NCBI GenBank assembly: GCA_035260565.1
Contig: DATFVA010000454.1
Coordinates: 1 to 35,533, forward strand
Reading direction: 5' to 3'
Length of the DNA stretch: 35,533 nucleotides
Source: Ignavibacteriaceae bacterium
GTDB lineage: Bacteria > Bacteroidota > Ignavibacteria > Ignavibacteriales > Ignavibacteriaceae
Below, one piece after another: positions 33,234-35,533 of the stretch; position 1 is the first letter of the stretch; each line of letters opens with the position of its first letter. A program made the position numbers and the translations under genes. Below the pieces are notes generated by a model. That model saw only the letters and a program-made list of their open reading frames with translations. It made no database searches and had not been told where the DNA came from.

Positions 33234-34220
33234 ATGTATAAAAAACTATGTATGGCTGCATTATACCTGCTGGGAGCAGGTATAATATTTATTAACGGCT
33301 TCGCGACAAAAATTGATGCAAACTCCTCTCAGGCTGATGGGGTATATTCAAAGAGTAACGAAAACTGTGCATTCCCCATAGCTGCAGTTGGGGATCTTCA
33401 GAGAACTTCTGTTTGGGAGTATATGGCAGGCAGGGAAAGTAATGATGTGGAAAGAAAGGAGATTATTGAAAATATAAGCGAACAGAATCCAGGCTCCGTT
33501 ATTCTTCTGGGCGATATGGTATTTGCAGGAGATAATATTGATCACTGGAAATACTTCGATACTTTAATAACTCCGATAAAGAAGGAAAATATTCCGATTT
33601 TCCCCGTAATTGGAAATCACGAATATTGGGGAAATAACCGAATTGCACTTCAATTCCTAACCGAAAGGTTTCCGGTACTAAAGGGAAGTCATTGGTATAC
33701 GGAAATCTGCGATAGTATTGCTTTAATATTTCTTGATTCAAACGATCCCGATTATTCAAGTGAACAATGGCAGAACGAGGTTGACTGGTTTAGAAACAAA
33801 CTGATATCGTTTGATAATGATTCCTCTATCCGAGGGATTCTTGTTTTTGCCCACCATCCCCCATATACAAATAGCTTGATCACCGGAGATGAAATGCAGG
33901 TACAGCTTGGGTTCGTACCCGCATTTGATAAATCCAGGAAAACACTTGCATTTATCACGGGGCATGCACATACATATGAAAGATTTATTGAAGAGGGGAA
34001 GACTTTTATTATTTCAGGGGGCGGAGGAGGGCCCAGGGTATTGTTAAAAACTGGTCCCGATATACATCATGATTATTACAACGGACCTTCTCCCAGGCCA
34101 TTCAATTATCTTATTATAAACAAATCAGACGGCGGGATAAACTTTATCGTTAAAGGGGTTAAAAAGGGAAGCAGAGTATTCTTTACAATGGAACAGTTTA
34201 CCCTCCCCTTCAGTAAATAA
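33234..34220 (+). CDS. Secreted calcineurin-like metallophosphoesterase
   Basis: It has a signal peptide and the motifs GDL, LLGDMVFAGD, GNHEYW, AHHPPY and GHAHTYE. Confidence 0.8.
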   Translation: MYKKLCMAALYLLGAGIIFINGFATKIDANSSQADGVYSKSNENCAFPIAAVGDLQRTSVWEYMAGRESNDVERKEIIENISEQNPGSVILLGDMVFAGDNIDHWKYFDTLITPIKKENIPIFPVIGNHEYWGNNRIALQFLTERFPVLKGSHWYTEICDSIALIFLDSNDPDYSSEQWQNEVDWFRNKLISFDNDSSIRGILVFAHHPPYTNSLITGDEMQVQLGFVPAFDKSRKTLAFITGHAHTYERFIEEGKTFIISGGGGGPRVLLKTGPDIHHDYYNGPSPRPFNYLIINKSDGGINFIVKGVKKGSRVFFTMEQFTLPFSK

Positions 34221-34287
34221 CAAAAAAATAATGAAACTAAAGACGGTTTTCTGCTTCTAATGAAGTATGAATAATTACGGAGAAAAA

Positions 34288-34902
34288 ATGGATTATTTAT
34301 CATTAAAAAAGAGAATTGATGAATCAGGAATTTCATATTCGGAATATATTAAAAGAACCGAACTGGAAATTTCCAGTACACAGCGTGAATATCTGACAAC
34401 CCAGGAACTTAAAAGATTAAATATTAAATCTCTGAATCTTCAGCGGGGGAGCAGGATAAGAAGGACCTATAATCCCGGAGAAGAACTAAACAGACTATTG
34501 AATGAGATAAGCTTAAAGCAATTATGGTTAGTAATTACCGAGAATTGGTGCGGAGATTCAGGACAAAACCTGCCTTATATTGCTGTAATGGCTTCACAGA
34601 ATTCTCTAATAGATCTGAAAATAATCTTAAGAGATCCCAACCCTGATATAATGGATGAGTTCCTTACCAAAGGGACAAAGAGTATTCCTATTCTTGCTGT
34701 TTTCAGTCAGGATGGAGAAGAACTATTCCGATGGGGGCCGCGGCCTGCATTTGCAGTTAACCTTATTACCAAATGGAAATCAGATGGACTAGAAAAACCT
34801 GAATGGACCGAAAAACTTCATTCCTGGTATGCGAAAGATAAAGGGTGTGAACTGGAGAAGGAATTTATTGATCTGATCAGTAAGGCAGAGTTGACACATT
34901 AG
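34288..34902 (+). CDS. Thioredoxin-fold family protein with single-Cys WCGDS motif
   Basis: I chose the start at ATG 34288, with ggag upstream; the ORF track starts at 34267. TENWCGDSGQNLP replaces the canonical WCGPC. Confidence 0.7.
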   Translation: MDYLSLKKRIDESGISYSEYIKRTELEISSTQREYLTTQELKRLNIKSLNLQRGSRIRRTYNPGEELNRLLNEISLKQLWLVITENWCGDSGQNLPYIAVMASQNSLIDLKIILRDPNPDIMDEFLTKGTKSIPILAVFSQDGEELFRWGPRPAFAVNLITKWKSDGLEKPEWTEKLHSWYAKDKGCELEKEFIDLISKAELTH

Positions 34903-34904
34903 CG

Positions 34905-34933
34905 GAAAAAAGAGACGCACCGGAGTGCGTCTC
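34905..34933 (-). terminator. Rho-independent terminator of pruA (minus strand)
   Basis: A 9-bp perfect stem gagacgcac (34912-34920) / gtgcgtctc (34925-34933) has a 4-nt loop. It is followed on the minus strand by tttttt. Confidence 0.7.
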
Positions 34934-34946
34934 AGAGAAATCAGAA

Positions 34947-35533
34947 CTATTTTTCATTCATAAAAGGATATTTCCAATCTTTCGGAGGAACGAAAGTCTC
35001 CTTAATTGATCTTAAAGTCATCCACCTTAAAATATTCATAGCACTTCCTGCTTTATCATTAGTACCCGAAGCACGTCCGCCTCCGAATGGCTGCTGGCCA
35101 ACGACAGCTGCTGTCGGCTTATCGTTAATGTAGAAGTTCCCGGCCGCATCTCGTAATTTGTCAGACATCTTTACGAGAACCTCCCTATCCTGCGACCAGA
35201 TAGCACCGGTGAGAGCATAAGGGGATGTGGTATTGCAGAGCTCAAGCGTCTCGTCAAATTTATCATCATCATAAACATAGATCGTTAAAACGGGACCAAA
35301 AATCTCCTCCTGCATCGATTTAAAATCAGGGTTGGTTGTAACGATGGTAGTAGGCTCAATAAAATACCCTTTTTTATCATCACAATTTCCGCCTGTAATT
35401 ATTTCAGCGTCTTTAGCATCCCTGGCAAAGTCGATATAAGATTTTATACTTTCATATGCTCCTTTATCAATTACGGCACCCATAAAGTTCGTAAAATCTT
35501 CAATGTCTCCCATTTTAATCTTCGCGACTTCTG
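34947..35533 (-). CDS. pruA: 1-pyrroline-5-carboxylate (L-glutamate gamma-semialdehyde) dehydrogenase, C-terminal part; gene continues beyond the window edge
   Basis: The ALDH-superfamily C-terminus VGQQPFGGGRASGTNDKAGS...LRW...IKETF is characteristic of the long PruA type. The reading frame stays open upstream of the first Met to position 35533. Confidence 0.85.
   Translation of the reverse strand, partial: EVAKIKMGDIEDFTNFMGAVIDKGAYESIKSYIDFARDAKDAEIITGGNCDDKKGYFIEPTTIVTTNPDFKSMQEEIFGPVLTIYVYDDDKFDETLELCNTTSPYALTGAIWSQDREVLVKMSDKLRDAAGNFYINDKPTAAVVGQQPFGGGRASGTNDKAGSAMNILRWMTLRSIKETFVPPKDWKYPFMNEK

Noticed and set aside
1-35533. Search for mobile elements, defence genes, toxin-antitoxin pairs, or a composition-shifted island that could mark a horizontally acquired system.
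   Set aside because: I recognised no transposase, integrase, recombinase, nuclease/helicase defence signature, flanking tRNA or long terminal repeats. Composition looks uniform by eye apart from the short tracts reported above.

Overview
This is an AT-rich, gene-dense stretch of chromosomal backbone with about 32 protein-coding genes on both strands. I recognised no rRNA, tRNA, CRISPR array, transposase, integrase or phage-like gene.

Most content is housekeeping or envelope-related:
- alaS-radA and an RRM-type RNA-binding protein.
- A CarboxypepD_reg/DUF5686-like outer-membrane protein.
- A split lysine-ketoglutarate reductase / saccharopine dehydrogenase pair.
- An apparent operon of an M16 peptidase pair, a YihX-like HAD and an L,D-transpeptidase.
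- A stand-alone receiver-like protein, ychF, two tandem YjdJ-type mini-GNATs, osmC and a matrixin-like metalloprotease.
- egtB-egtD (ergothioneine), a FemAB-like acyltransferase, and valS followed by a DinB-family gene.
- A class B acid phosphatase, an esterase, DUF1015-serC, several lipoproteins, DUF2203, a metallophosphoesterase, a thioredoxin-like protein, and the 3' part of pruA running off the right edge.

Exact TAnnTTTG boxes 30-40 nt upstream of several start codons, together with the gene content, suggest an FCB-group bacterium (Bacteroidota/Ignavibacteriota-like). That is inference only.

I do not see a clear self-contained novel multi-gene system such as a defence island. The items most worth follow-up are:
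1. A 467-bp non-coding, strand-asymmetric island (14857-15323). It holds an 11-bp phased tandem array and direct repeats flanking a bidirectional terminator, and lies next to item 2.
2. An orphan pseudo-receiver lacking the phospho-acceptor Asp and the conserved Lys.
3. Eukaryote-like LKR and SDH halves encoded as convergent genes whose stop codons share one TTAA.
4. A minimal egtB-egtD pair.
5. A translationally coupled mini-GNAT pair in which the second copy has a degenerate cofactor motif.
6. DUF1015 coupled to serC.

All family calls come from motif recognition by eye and need HMM or BLAST confirmation.
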